Assembly (NCBI GenBank): GCA_951406725.2
Contig: OX597834.1
Location: 5,084,001 to 5,148,000, forward strand
Source: Octopus vulgaris
Lineage: Eukaryota
Direction: 5' to 3'
DNA length: 64,000 nt
Translations under genes and position numbers: made by a program
Part shown: positions 30,812 through 45,647 of the stretch, piece by piece
How the letters are laid out: the number at the start of each line of letters is the position of its first letter
Numbering within the stretch: the stretch's first letter is position 1
The notes under the pieces: generated by a model
What the model saw: the letters and a program-made list of their open reading frames with translations, nothing else
Database searches by the model: none
What the model was told of the DNA's origin: nothing

Positions 30812-31390
30812 TTTTGAGAAATACGAGTCCTGATACTGTATGGACATTGTTATATAACTTAACTCTGTATTGTATTCAATAGAATTTCAGTTTACTGCAA
30901 ATTTCCATTAAGAAATCTTTCTTTTTTCCTAATTTCATTTTACTCTACAGTCTCTTCCTCTTCATTCCATTAGAGAAGAGCACGACAAGATTAGATTCTC
31001 TATATAGATAGCAATCCCGCGTACCAATGTTTGAAATCCTAGCTATATCATTAGCTCTCACCAACCCCTTCCCCCACACCAGCTTCACACAAGCATCGCA
31101 TAAGCACATAACTCGATCATCACCACATTGACTCATCTGAGGACTACTTATCGTGCATTATTCAAACATCACTGCGCAAAGGATATAACATACAAACTTC
31201 TAATCAGAAAAACAAAGAGATTAAAGATTAGAGATTAGAAATCAACACGGATCTCATCCATTTTCTTTCATTGCAGCGTTCTTCATGATGTAAGATAATG
31301 GGAATTTTTTTTTTAAAATCCGTGTGCGTGTCTCCTTCAGATAGGCATACTGCACTACTGTATGTGTTTTCAGTACACATAGGCTTCTAC

Positions 31391-31490
<100 letters not shown>

Positions 31491-33665
31491 ATATATATAT
31501 ATATTTATATAATATTTGTAAGATTTGTCTATTACTCAAAGAATCATGTGATATAGCAAGAATACAAGAAATACGGCATATCTGTAATATTCAAAATTAT
31601 TTCTAAGTCAGATAAGAGGATTTGTGATCTGAAGATTTACTCAAATAATTCATTTCTTTCTGTCTTTCTTTCTTTCTTTCTTTCGTGTTCCTTTCTTTTT
31701 GCTTCCTTATTATCAAATCATTTTTGTTTTCTCTGTTCTTCCAATATGATTTTGAATTGTACAAATCTTGCTATTATCTTCAGGATCATAGTTTAAAATC
31801 TTTTAACAGCTTTCGAAATGAAGATTACAGTATTATTTTAAAGTAAGGTGAGAAAGGATTTAGTTATATTTGTATGTGTCTTCTTTCATTTACGTTTTTT
31901 TATTTGAAATGATTTTCCTTCAGTGTTTGATACAATTAGCAGCACTTCCAAAGGCTTTTCCAGCAACTTCGACGCATTTTATCATTTTCGGAACTTCTAA
32001 AATATCGTGTTACATGTGAAACAGGAAAACCGACAAGTAGTTATATCGATACGGTATGGATGTAGAGGTTGTATGGTCAACGTGTTTGACTTCTCTCTCG
32101 AGGGCAACATTATTTCTACGAACGTATATACTAATTTAGTTTGTGTTATTGATAATTCTGACAAAGGTGTCGGGCTGCAAAGTACTTAGCAGAATTTCAT
32201 CCGTCTTTACGTTCTGCGTTCAAATTTCGCCAAGGTTGACTTTGCCTTTCATCCTATCGGAATTGATAAATTAAGTGCCATTTGAACAATGAGGGCGATG
32301 TAATTAATTCACCTTTCCCATAAATTTGCTGGCCTTGTGCCAAAATTTGAAATCATTATTAATTCTGACTGTCATGCAGTGGGGTTTATAACATCAACTA
32401 ACCCTTCACCTCAAAATTGTTTGTCTTTTGCATGAAGTAGAAACGTTGCTAGCGTTGTTGTTGCAGTATAGCACCAAGTCAAATCCATGTTTTGTTTAAC
32501 ATTGTGCACCCAAGATTCATTGACTCGTTCTAAGAAGCTGAAATAATAGTGAAAGAGTTGAAGGGAGAAGAAAAAATATCAACTGTGCATTTGATAAATG
32601 TTATAAAGCGGTACTCTGGGTTTAATCGTTTTACTAAGTCTCCCTTAAAAGGGAGGCAGACCGAGTTAAATTTGCTTTGTATTAATTTCTGATATGAGAT
32701 ACAATTAATCGTGTTTTATGAGAGAATATAATTTGAAAGTTTTGTATATTGTTTATTGACGTGGACTCGTGTATTGAAACACATCTTTCTCTGACTTAGG
32801 AATAATAATAAACATATAGATGGACTCAATGCCACTTTATACTCAGTCAATTTTGTTAGCTGAGCTGAGCAACGAATTGATCTTTTGCTTAACTCTTCAG
32901 CATTCAGATATTGTATCAATGTTTTGTATAAATCATGCATTATCTCAACCCTTTGAGATTTCAAAAATGTGGTTGTTTGTTTTAGAATGATATTGTAGGA
33001 TAGGTGCGAGAGGCCAGATCTGGCTCGTTTGAACATAAAACTGGTAGGATATTTTCAAAGAATATGGCCGGCGGTTTAAATGTTAAAGCATTAATCTGTT
33101 GGTTAAATAAATAATTAGTTGTTTGTTGAAGTCCTTTCCTCACCATTTGTAGCCTCATCCAAGTCTACTTCGAGTCTGGCTTTAGGTGCATTAGACTTTC
33201 TAAAAGTACTACAATTTAAAATCATTTTTAATTCCTGGTTCATAAATTTCGGCAGTGTTTTGGTCTTTTAGGAAACGGAACTAAACAGAATGACAGGCTG
33301 TTACGGCTATCACGAGAAACAAAACCTTGTGGAGTGAACTATCTAGTATTATCTAATTTCACAGGTCTCGTTTTGCTTGAAACGGTGAGGGCTATTTATG
33401 TGGAATGAATCAGTGATACGTTAGTGTGATGGCAAGGAATAATGGTCAATTGCTGCGAGAAAGGCCAGAGTTATCGACCCTGTAATTATCATTCAGGAGT
33501 TTAACTTTACGAAAATGTGGTAAATGACTGACTCGTGTCTCATTCGTTTTTCAAAAGAGCAATGAATTCTACAACATCCCTTAGTTATTTATACAGAAGC
33601 AAAGCGTATCCTCATCCCACTAGCAACCAACAGAGCTTTTACAAGATTACAAACTGTTAAACTAT

Positions 33666-34050
33666 TGGAAGCACTCCGTCGGTTACGACGACGAGGGTTC
33701 CGGTTGATCCGAATCAACGGAACAGCCTGCTCGTGAAATTAACGTGTTAGTGGCTGAGCACTCCACAGACACGTGTACCCTTAACGTAGTTCTCGGGGAT
33801 ATTCAGCGTGACACAGAGAGTGATAAGGCCGGCCCCTTTGAAATACAGGTACAACAGAAACAGGAAGTAAGAGTGAGAGAAAGTTGTGGTGAAAGAGTAC
33901 AGCAAGGATCACCACCATCCTCTGCCGGAGCCTCGTGGAGCTTTAGGTGTTTTCGCTCAATAAACACTCACAACGCCCGGTCTGGGAATCGAAACCACGA
34001 TCATATGACCGCGATCCGCTGCCCTAACCACTGGGCTATTGCGCCTCCAC
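33666..34050 (-). mobile_element. tRNA-derived SINE family C, full length
   Basis: Minus-strand head TGGAGGCGCAATAGCCCAGTGGTTAGG and box B GGTTTCGATTCC. ACTATT flanks both ends. Near-identical to 38177-38563. Confidence 0.88.
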
Positions 34051-35221
34051 TATTAGACTATTATCCTGTGATATTTGTTAAGTGAAATGAAATCCTCCAT
34101 GACTGGGTGAACTCGATTTCTATGTGTTAAATGGAATATATTTACTGAAGATTTCATCACAATGCAGTCGTTACTGATGAAATTCACCTATTTTAAATTA
34201 CAGTTAACGAGGTATTTTTGTTCAGCACGGTGTATATACAATGTTCATGCTACTGTTGGTAACAGGTTGAGATTCGTCCTCGTATGTTACCTACTTAAGG
34301 TGAGCAAGTAAAAATAAAAACATGCTTGAAATAGAAACCAAATTTCCTCAAATCACATGTTTAAATAATGGATAAACAAATCAAACAATGTAGAACAAAA
34401 GACATGTGATGATTATGGATTGGGTACACCTGGTCTTAGTCATGCCTGTTCGACTTGGGATTAGAAATACAAAACACCAACGAAGATGATTATCTTTCTT
34501 ATGTCATTTGGTTTGCTAGAAAGAGAAGTCAAATATCTCGCAAAACACAAAGGTTAGGACTCATTCGTGAACAATGAATGGTGCTCCAGCATGACCATAT
34601 TCCAGTGACTGAAACTAGTAAAGGGATAAACATACTGAAAAGATTTTTGAATGGTCGGGATGGAACCCTGTAACGTCACCATAAGTCTTCCAGATCAGGG
34701 ATAACATATGATTAAACGAATTCCTCAGAGATAACAGTATTAGACAAAGCGAGATATGAAAGATTTGTATAAAATTAGGAACCTTTATATTTTTGGCGTT
34801 GAATGCTATAGAAATGGTCAGCTGTGTTCCATGGGTGGAAAGTATAATATTAATAAAATTATCTATTGAAAGAAATGAGAAAATAAAAACTGAAAACTTT
34901 CAAACGAAGTAAAACAACAAAAAAATATATTTAAAATTTTTTATTGGCAATTTTGAGGGGAAACTGATTGTAGTCTAAGCCATTATCCTAAAGTCAAGAA
35001 CAGCACTCTTTGAGGATTTTTGTAGTAAACAACAACAACAAGAACAATAGTTATAAGAACTGTAACGGCTACTACAAGATCAAAATCAACATCGCTAAAA
35101 AACCAACCAAAATAAAGGAGACACACAAGGACCAGAGCATCAACAATAACACAAAATAAAGATAATGAACATGATTTCTTACAAAATCAAGTGCAACGAC
35201 AAGAACATTAAAAATGATGAT

Positions 35222-35304
<83 letters not shown>

Positions 35305-35935
35305 TTACAATAGCAACAATAATGGTGGTAACAATAGATTCATTGCTTGTTCAGTCGTTGGGATAATTTTCACTTTGTGATTAGAATTCTTAATCTTTTC
35401 CTTGACAAAGCTACAAAAATGTATTTTTGGCTCTTTTTTCTGTTTTCGTTTTTAACTGCTTATTTTTCCTTTCATCTATTTTTTGCTATTTTTGGCACTG
35501 AAGAATTCACAAGCATATATTGCAAAGACGCCGATGCTTCTTCAAAATTCGGATGAATTTACAACAAGCAAGAACTGAAAAAAAAAACATATGAAGAAAA
35601 ATATATGATATATACAGTAGAATATTTCTAACCTTAGTATGAAATATATATTGGAAAATAAGCTGACCCCTAGAGAGATCAAACATGTTATCTAAACATA
35701 GTGGAGTCAAAAACTTAGGAACTTCGCATGTTCCATCAAATTATAATTTAAATGCTAAATTCCACAGAGGGCATACAATTATTTCAGGTTTGTTGATCTT
35801 ATGTAATATATATATATATATGCACATATCAGAAGAAGTTTCAAATAATGGTAGAACTCAGTCAACGTTGGTGCCCCAGCATGACCGCACCACAGCTTTG
35901 AAGTTTAAACATTTCAAAGAAATTTAAAGAAATTA

Positions 35936-36014
<79 letters not shown>

Positions 36015-37019
36015 TTATATTTTTTCCCTGCTTCTGTTATGAGACTGCAGCTATGCTGGGGCACAATCTTAAAGAACTTTTAGTCAAGAATTGAAATGGA
36101 AATAAGAAAATGTTTCTCTACCTTCAAGGTAAGGATGATATATAGGTTATATAATATTACTTCACACTAAGTACGGAAGACGATACGCATCACATCACCC
36201 GTTGACAGCCAAACTACAAGTTTTTAAGCCGGGCAATTGATTAAGCTTGTCATACATGTAAGCTACAGCAATATCGGAACTCAGAAGGAAAAAGATTTGG
36301 GGCAAAGTCCATAAGGCTCCTCGCTGTTCTTTCAGCGCTCGCCGTTTTTTCAGCCGTTCTTTCAACCGTTCTTTCAGCGCTGTACTGCATTATTACATTA
36401 TATCAACTCCAATTGGGTGAAAGGCAGCCATTTCCTCAACCAGTTGAAACAAATTCTTTATGGAATCCTGTCCGATACTCGAATACGCTTGATAATTTGT
36501 CGTTAATAAAAACAAAATAAAAATTTATTGAATTCACATGTGCAGCGTGAGAAAAATACTTTTGGTTAAATTTCTTTTCTCACACATCACCGAAAGATGA
36601 GGCACTGAATATTTTATTCGAAATGTTTGCTGAAAAAAAAAGACGAAAGAAAGTGACTGAAGAAGAAAGAGATAAGTAATAAAGCAGTGATAGATCTACT
36701 AAAGCCTTTAGTCTGTAGCAGGTTTACCTCGGCTGCAAAGGTAGGTCGATATATTGAATACAGTTCCCTCTACCAATACAAACTATTTATTTTTCAAGTG
36801 GCTAATTTATTTCACACAGCCTTCAGTCAGTAAAACTGTAAATTCTGTTGTTTGGAATGTTTTTTTTTTCCAATTAAATATTTATTGATGTCCTTTTTTG
36901 CGTATATTGAAACACACTTACTGTAGAATTCAAATTATACACACACACACACACATATAAATATACAGTAGTAACAGAAAGGAGGAATTTCGATTATCCC
37001 CACGTGGTGATTTGTAATA

Positions 37020-37091
<72 letters not shown>

Positions 37092-37092
<1 letters not shown>

Positions 37093-37487
37093 TAGCAGTA
37101 TCGCCCGACGTTGCTCGGGTTTGTAAGGGAAATAACTATATAAGCATTTTTAGAGAGTTATAGCCAAAAATTAGCAAAAAATGCATTAAAATGGAAAAAA
37201 ATTATGGTAATTTTTTTTAAATCGTTGACTCATCGTAGACATTTTTAGAGAGTTACTTCCCTTATATAATAGCGAAAAAATGCATTAAAATGGAAACAAA
37301 TGATGGTAATTTTTTAAAAAAATCGTAGACTCATCGTAGACGTGCGCTAATACCCAGAAGGGCTCGATATGAATCACGACTATAAGATACCCGGTTTTGG
37401 TTAAATTGCACCGTTAAATGTGGGAGTAGTTAGGAATCTAAATCGTAGGAGACAGACAGCACACAACCTTACTTTTATATATAAAGA
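37092..37487 (-). mobile_element. Non-autonomous Helitron, copy 2
   Basis: Near-identical to 25020-25417, with the same TC..hairpin-CTAG ends, inserted in a (TA)n tract. Confidence 0.85.
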
Positions 37488-38176
37488 TATATATATTATA
37501 TATATGTATCAAGAGATTATAAATATATTATGGACAGAAGTATTATGAAATACTCATTGATATTCATTAGTTCTTACAGATCTTACTAACACACATACGC
37601 AAATGCCAAGTTTGCTTCAAATCACTAACACGAATTACGTCTTACTTGCGAAAGTTGAACCTTGGCAATGTAACGTACAATTATTTAAAATAATATGCAT
37701 TATTTTACAGTAATTATTAGATTCATGGAAGAGATAACAGGAAAATAATTCTGACATGCATATGACATCAAAATATATGTTTATGATATAATATTTATCA
37801 ATTATACTTTGAGATATTCCAGGTTTTAGAATAGTGCAATTTCTAAAAGTCATGTGTAGTGAAATGTCGTTATTTTAATGCGGGAGAGAATTCATGGAGA
37901 TGTTTTTTCTAGATTGTTTTTGAACTTCAGGAAATGCTGTTACTGAATGCCCTCCTTCTGTGCGAATCTTCTTTTCCAATTGGGAAGAACAAATCCAACA
38001 GCATATGCAGAGAATGGCTGCAGGTAATAAAAGAGAAAATATCAATGTGGTTATTTCTAGACGCTTCATTTCAGCTAACATAAGGTATTTGCAATGGGCA
38101 CGGACAAAATACCTGAAATAGTTTCCGTTTGATTAGATGTAGACTGAAAGCTACATTGAGGATTATCCTATAGGCA

Positions 38177-38563
38177 TGGAAGCACTCCGTCGGTTACGAC
38201 GACGAGGGTTCCGGTTGATCCGAATCAACGGAACAGCCTGCTCGTGAAATTAACGTGTAAGTGGCTGAGCACTCCACAGACACGTGCACCCTTAACGTAG
38301 TTCTCGGGGATATTCAGCGTGACACAGAGAGTGACAAGGCCGGCCCTTTGAAATACAGATACAACAGAAACAGGAAGTAAATGTGAGAGAAAGTTGTGGT
38401 GAAAGAGTACAGCAGGGATCACCACCATCCCCTGCCGGAGCCTCGTGGAGCTTTTTAGGTGTTTTCGCTCAATAAACACTCACAACGCCCGGTCTAGGAA
38501 TCGAAACCGCAATCCTATGACCGCGAGTCCGCTGCCCTAACCACTGGGCCATTGTGCCTCCAC
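38177..38563 (-). mobile_element. SINE family C with target-site duplication
   Basis: TCCTATAGGCA(T) at 38166 and again at 38564. Confidence 0.9.
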
Positions 38564-38899
38564 TCCTATAGGCATACCTTGCCTACAAACGAAGAGGTTG
38601 ATGTATTGATCCCTGGTAATTACGAAGAATCTCATCAAACTAGTAAAATGAGCAGTTTTCTTAACATGTTCTACTCTCATGTCAATATCGAATTCTCCAG
38701 CAATTTGCCCTGTACTTTACAATCTTTTCTAGTTCTTTGTCATTGTTATGTCGCACGTTCGGATGCCTTCTACTCAACTCTACTCTGCTCTCTAGTCTTG
38801 ACTCTCACCGCTACTACTCTGACCTCGACCTCTAGGCTTCTCCCTCTATATCTACGTATTGGGCCAACCTACTTCATCGTCTGGGGGCGTCCACACAAC

Positions 38900-39240
38900 A
38901 GTCATCCACTTGTACATCCCTAGGTATTTCAATGTCTATGTCTTGGTTTCCTTCATAATTTTATCAACTACAATAATGTCTGGTCTCCGAGTATCAATCA
39001 CTAAATCACTCTGCATTGTAAAATCTCACAAGATCCTACACTCATTCTCGGTGACGCCTTATGGTTTATGCTTAATACTATTTCAATGTCCTTCCAATAC
39101 CATACTTTTCACACAAACTCCAATGAACATACCTTACTACATTATCATGCATCCGTTTGTATTCTTTTTGAACTCGTTTGCTACCCGCAGTCACAAAATG
39201 TGAGACTGTTTCAATTTATCTGCCACACATCACTACATTA
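38900..39240 (-). mobile_element. Old fragment of another R4-clade (REL) retrotransposon
   Basis: Minus strand ENECRIL*DFTMQSDLVIDTRRPDIIVVDK matches the ILWD..RPDIV motif. Confidence 0.7.
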
Positions 39241-40206
39241 ATCTATAATCCATTCCCTACAGGAAGAATAACTGAGACTCAAAGGAAGAATCCCTGCGTC
39301 TTACATACTGCAGAACACAATGTCTCCAGCATCATAAACTGCGGATGAACCCTCATCAATGGAATCACTTCAACTTTGTAAAGTCCTTTTTTTTTTCAGT
39401 TCTTACATTTGTTTTTGTAAGCAATACTTCTACGGAGAAGCCTTCCTTCTATTCTGTCTATCTCTTTACCCACCCCACACTGCACATATTAGGTATTTAG
39501 TCTATCCCTTTCCGCTCTAGCCACTTTAACTCCACATACACATACAGACCAAGTGCGGAAGCATCTCCGATGACATCATACAAATTAGACAACCGTTCAT
39601 GACAAGGTCATTTCATTGGCTTCAACTAACGCGCCGAGAAATTTACCCAAATTTTCAAGCTTTCTCTCTCTTTTGTTCTTTCTTTTTATCCGTTCCTTCT
39701 TTCTTTCTTTCTTTCTTTCTCTCCACCAAAACACAATAAAATTACAATGACCATAAAATTATTTCAGCGAGTGGCTGTAATTACGAAGATATTTTAAATG
39801 AATTAATTTACTGTCTCTAGAGGATGTTACAAAATTTTCCTCGCAGACTAATTTTCAGCTCTATAACTTCAGACAACGGTAAGTAAATTCTTTCACAGAA
39901 ACAGAATGTGCCACAACAACTTCTCCGAAGACGGTGGGAAAGACCTTGGACACCTTGATCGGCTGATCTTCCACTTGAATATTATGATTGATCCCTCTAT
40001 GACTTATTAACAACTAATAATAGTTACGTCGATGTAAGAAATACCTTGCTATAACCGATGTATCAATTTATATTTTGTCGAGTTTGGAATATATTTTTCT
40101 GTCACTTTAAGTATTTTTACAGGAGCGCGCGCGTGTATAAAGTAATGCTAGACAGCTCTATACATTCCTGTGCCCGAGTGTATCTACACACCACTACCCA
40201 CCTATA

Positions 40207-40212
40207 AATATA

Positions 40213-40248
<36 letters not shown>

Positions 40249-40366
40249 TGTATGTATGTATGTATGTATGTATATATATATGCATGTATGTATGTATATA
40301 TATATATATGTATGTATGTACGTATGTATGTATGTATGTATGTATGTATATATGTATATATATATG

Positions 40367-40408
<42 letters not shown>

Positions 40409-40450
40409 TATGTATATATATATGAATAAATAGGATAATTCATTCACCTA

Positions 40451-40525
<75 letters not shown>
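40207..40525. repeat. (TATG)n / (TA)n microsatellites
   Basis: Direct observation. Confidence 0.9.
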
Positions 40526-40529
<4 letters not shown>

Positions 40530-41791
40530 AACCGACTTTCTGAGGGTGTGTATATCATTATGGCGGGGAAGTAAATGATTGTTAAAAGTTAAAAAGAGTT
40601 AAAGATTCTACTTCAAAAATATTTAGAAGAGAAATAACCTAGAGAAGAAAGGTTTCGTATAAAGATTTTGCGATGTATTGCTAATTATATCGCAAGAAGT
40701 TTTATTTTGTTATCGCCAATTAAAGCAAGCACTTGTCTTTTAAAAGCCACTTGTTAGCTTTTAAATCATTCGAAATATAGTCGCCCTTTAATATACTTTC
40801 TTAACAAATTTTATTTGTTTTGTTTAAAATAAATTTATTTTACAGAAATGTCTTTCTGTGTGATGTCTGAATTTATATTTCACTGAAGTAGAAATACTGA
40901 TAACATTGGTTTATGAAGTAATCATAGTCATATGATGTACAACAATAAAGCTTCAGATATTTCCATCTCAGAACCAAACGTCATTGAAATTTTCTGTCTT
41001 GCATCTCTTTTGTCGACAATATTCTAACACTGGGAAAGGTGCTTGGAAATCTTTTTTGAAATGGAAAATATATCCTTACTTAATAACCACTTTACTCAAA
41101 ATACACTCAATAACACTCTGATGTGTTTGTTTATTTTCATAGAAATTCTGGCTATTCTTGCTATAATCGATAATATATGAAATAACTAATTACTCGGTCA
41201 TCTGTTGTCTGCTTTCACTTGAATTGTAAACCAGTTAGGCACGACGAAGTCTTTAAATTCTAATCTATATTATGTAATGTGTTATAATCCCAGTGATATC
41301 ACCAGTGACAGCACACAGGATAAAAGTAACGAGTGATTCCTAAAACTTTTGTACTTAATTTGAGTTTATGACCAATAAGAAGATTGATCTGTTGTAGACT
41401 AAATCTTAGGCAAGTGTAGGTCTGTTTTGACTTCTCAACGCCAAAGAAACACTGGATGAACTGTTTTAATATCTTATGACAGTTTGATCAGATATTCCGC
41501 CCATTGAACCCATTACTGGTAAAGTAAAGCACATTGTAATGAAAAGATAAGACTAGACACGAAGTCAGTAATTTCTAAAATTAAAGATTCATTATTGTTC
41601 TCGGTCTCGACGTAAACATATTGCTTCTTATACAACTTCAGTTTGCTTTTGATGCAAAATTTTCCTTCTGGGAATAAATTGATAATTTTTTTCCGAATTG
41701 GAGAATCGTTATTTCTGCAGCTAATACATATGTAAGTGAAAATAAGTATCATGAGGAGGTGCAGTTCACCGATGTAACCATCTAAGACATT

Positions 41792-42209
41792 CTCTTTACT
41801 CTTCACTCTTTTAATTGTTTCAGTCATTTGACAGCGGCCATGCTGGAGCACCGCCTTTAATCGAGCAAATCGACTCCGGGACTTATTCTTTTGTAAGCCC
41901 AGTACTTATTCTATCGGTCTCTTTTGCCGAACCGCTATGTGACGGGGACGTAAACACACCAGCATCGGTTGTCAAGCAATTCTCGGGGGACAAACACAGA
42001 CACACAAACACACACACACACACACATAAATATATATACATATATACGACGGGCTTCTTTCAGTTTCCGTCTACCAAATCCACTCACAAGGCTTTGGTCG
42101 GCCCGAGGCTATAGTAGAAGGCACTTGCCCAAGGTGCCACGCAGTGGGACTGAACCCGGAACCGTGTGGTTGGTAAACAAGCTACTTAACACACAGCCAC
42201 TCCTGCGCC
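41792..42209 (-). mobile_element. SINE family A, full length
   Basis: Matches 13111-13522. Confidence 0.9.
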
Positions 42210-42869
42210 TATTGTGGAATTAATATTTTACATCACTCCTATATTTTAAATATATGACCGGTATTCATCGAACATAATCAATAGGAAGGAGCATTATGGA
42301 AATATTAACAGAATATGGTTTTATTTTGTGAGCTCCGGAACAAACCAATCTTTTGATTCGCATCGATTTCACTTTTTAAATGCACTACACTGCTCCATAT
42401 ATTTGTTCCTGTAGAATACAAACCTGCAAGTTCGATCAAATTAATTGAATAATTTGTAGATAACTGCGAATATATGTAAACATTCTATTTAAATGTTGTG
42501 CAGTATTTGGTGTTCACTCGACCAAGATTAATTACTACATCTAAGGGATTAGCAATGGGAAAAATACTGTTCACCGTAAGCCAATCACTGTAAATGCCAC
42601 AACATATACAGTCCCTATGTTTAGAAGTTTTAGCATAATTCTTATTTAATCTCAATTTTCAAGTCCCGAAGGACATAGAGTATTCAAGGACATCGGATTT
42701 CAGTGGGTACGCTGCATTTGGTCTTCTATTTCGTGTTTCGAATACATCTTCTCTGGGGATGAAGCAACTTCAAGTTCATAATTTCGTCCTTCTGGTCAAA
42801 TGCCAATTTGGAGTAATTAATATTTCGCATTCTACGGGGCCAAATGTCAGCTTGTTTATTCCATCAGAA

Positions 42870-43060
42870 CTAACACGTCGGGCGAAATGCGTAGCTGTAT
42901 TTCGTCTGTCGTTACGTTCTGCGTTCAAATTCCACCGAGGTTGACTTTGCCTTTCATTCTTTCGACGTCGATTAATTAAATACCAGAGAAACACTCGGGT
43001 CAGTGTAATCGACAAGTCCCCTTGCCACAAATTCCAGGCCTTGTGCCTTCAGTAGAAAAG
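42870..43060 (+). mobile_element. SINE family B (further diverged copies at ~3525-3670, 32170-32355, 44695-44870, 46100-46290, 51280-51488)
   Basis: Shared GTTCAAATTCC..GACTTTGCCTTTCAT core and GGCCTTGTGCC tail. Confidence 0.7.
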
Positions 43061-45115
43061 ATTATTATTAGCTGAATTAACTCCAGAAGCATCGTTTGTA
43101 AAGACTTAAAGAAGAATTCATTCCATATAAATGTGAAAGAGAATGGAAAAAACATTTTCATTTTCATTTGAATAATTGGGTACCATAATTTTATGAGTTC
43201 AAATCCCAAATGAATTCTTATTGCATTTTTGAATCACGCCTTGCTAGTATGCATACACACACACATGTCCACACACACACGCGTGCACACACTGACACAG
43301 AGACTCACACATACGCGTGTGTGTATCTGTGTATTACTTCAATCAACTTCAGCTGTTTACCATCAAAAATTAGATTGTTTCAAGTCAAAAGAAGGTGCTA
43401 TTTCTGTTAAATGAAATACAAGAAAGGTGTGGTGTTCAAAAGTAATGTTTGCGTGAAAGACGGCTAATGTTGCAATCGTTTTGTGCTTTGTTTTAATCAG
43501 ATTTACAGAATTGTATCTGGCCAAACAATCGAGACATCAGCCAACAAATAGAAAGTCTGGTAATTTATACTTTGTTAAATGGTTTGCCTTTTTCATACGT
43601 TTCGACTTTGACAAAAATAAATCACATACATCAGCCTACAAGCGATACGGAATCTCATAATCAATTGGTCTATAGTAGCACACGTAAAGACCTCAATTCC
43701 CTTGTTTTCATGTTGTTGTTTAGTTTCAAAAAAGTAATGAATATATCTTTGATCAACGCCATTTTAAACTGACTATATCGTCACTTTTTACATCGAAAGT
43801 ATATTTTCCAGCGTATCCATTTTTAATAAAAGCAAAAGAAATATACAATGTGATTCAAAGACCCCTGTCCCAATATGAAGCATGTCAGTCGGTCGTTGGT
43901 TTATTCTGTTTCTATGTAGAATCTTATGAAGATAATTTCAGGTATGTACAGTCTAAGTTACATGTATCTCTGCATTTAAACCCGGAAGTTGGTGCAAAAG
44001 AAACCTCGCCAAATATACAGAACTTGTGTTGCTCATTACTACGATTTATTTTGTGGAAGTTTAGCAAACACTTTGAAAGAGCTCTAAAACAAGACTAAAA
44101 CCTAATCTGATTGTTTTCTGGTGTAGGTTCGTGTTAACTACACCATTCAGACCTAAACTACATCTCCCTGCGAAATATAAGGATCTTTGATCCATAAAGT
44201 GAAATATCTAATTGCTAAATAGAATTCACATGGAATCACCATATCAGTTAAATGTTAGAAAATCGAATAAATATATTCATTTGAAAGAATTCTATTTTAT
44301 GTACGGATGACCGTGATAAATATTACACTGAGTGATTTAATCGACAAATTGAGTAATAGTTACTAATGTACATCTATTTTACTACTATAAACTCTAAGCG
44401 CATTATATGTACTAATGTATATATTTACTATACGCGCTAATTGATTTTTCTGCTGTTTGCTTGACCCATTAGAATTAGCAGGTAATTTGCTTTCAATTTA
44501 CAACCGATCCTCTTCAATAAATATTTCAAACTCAAAATAGAATCTTAAAGACTTTTAAATGATAAAAATGTCTTGAGTGGAATGTTTCACAAAGCATCTA
44601 CAGCATATAAAGTTATGGAACTAGTTTTCTACGCGAAAGTAATTTTTTTTAACAGGTTACTACAATTACAAGCTGTACCACTGCATGCATAGTAGCACAA
44701 GGCCTCCAAGTTCGGTTGGAGTTAAGTCGATAAAATAACTACCAGTGGAACGCTCGTACTTGTTTTATCGACCTAGAAAGGAAACGTCGACCTCAATGGA
44801 ATTTGAAGACGGACGAAATGCCACTAAGCATTTTGCCCGGCATACTAGCAATTCTGCCAGCTCGCCGTCATATATATATAAACTTAATCAATTATATCGC
44901 TCCAAATATTTAATAATGATGTGAGAGATTAGTAAACATCAAGGTGCTGAGTTTATTTCGACTTATTTTGGAGAGTATATACAACAAAGAATTTACACGG
45001 ATACACACACACGCACACGAACCTGTCATTTCGATTAGAAACACAACTTTTTTTATTTGAAACATATGTCTATAACTTTATGAACTTTCTGTGATAGGCT
45101 ATGAGATATGTCCAG

Positions 45116-45171
<56 letters not shown>

Positions 45172-45338
45172 ATATTTAAAGGGCTAAAAACCACTAAGTG
45201 ATCAGCCGTATGCTAGAATTAGATCACCAACGATCAAACTACAAAGAAAAGAATGTTCTCTAGAGAAAAATTCAGTGGACACCAAAACAATATGCGGAAA
45301 AGTCAGATGAAAATTATATAAAAAAAAACAAGAATTAC

Positions 45339-45413
45339 TCGCAGACCGGCGGTTTCGCCTATTAACTAATGAATCACTTACGTAATCCCTCGTCCGTAGA
45401 CTCGTCAGTGCGA
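45339..45413 (-). ncRNA. Type I hammerhead ribozyme, intact core, extended stem II
   Basis: Minus strand: TCGCA-CTGACGA-GTCTA [35 nt] TAGGC-GAAA-CC gcc GG-TC-TGCGA. Predicted cleavage after GUC. Confidence 0.85.
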
Positions 45414-45572
45414 TCGTTCCACAGGTAATATAATTTTGTTTCCGGAATTTTAGCGCGCCAGAACTCAGACATTTGAAATTAACCCCAATGTAATCTGTGA
45501 AAGTAAGCACGTGTCTGTTTTTATACGGAAAGCTGGTGGTTAGTCTTTATAAATTTATTACCTGTGGAACGA

Positions 45573-45647
45573 TCGCACTGACGAGCCTACGGATGAGGGA
45601 TTACGTAAGTGATTCATTCGTTAATAGGCGAATCCGCCGGTCTGCGA
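45573..45647 (+). ncRNA. Type I hammerhead ribozyme, GAAA>GAAT variant
   Basis: TCGCA-CTGACGA-GCCTA CGGATGA..TCATTCG ttaa TAGGC-GAAT-CCGCCGG-TC-TGCGA. Confidence 0.78.
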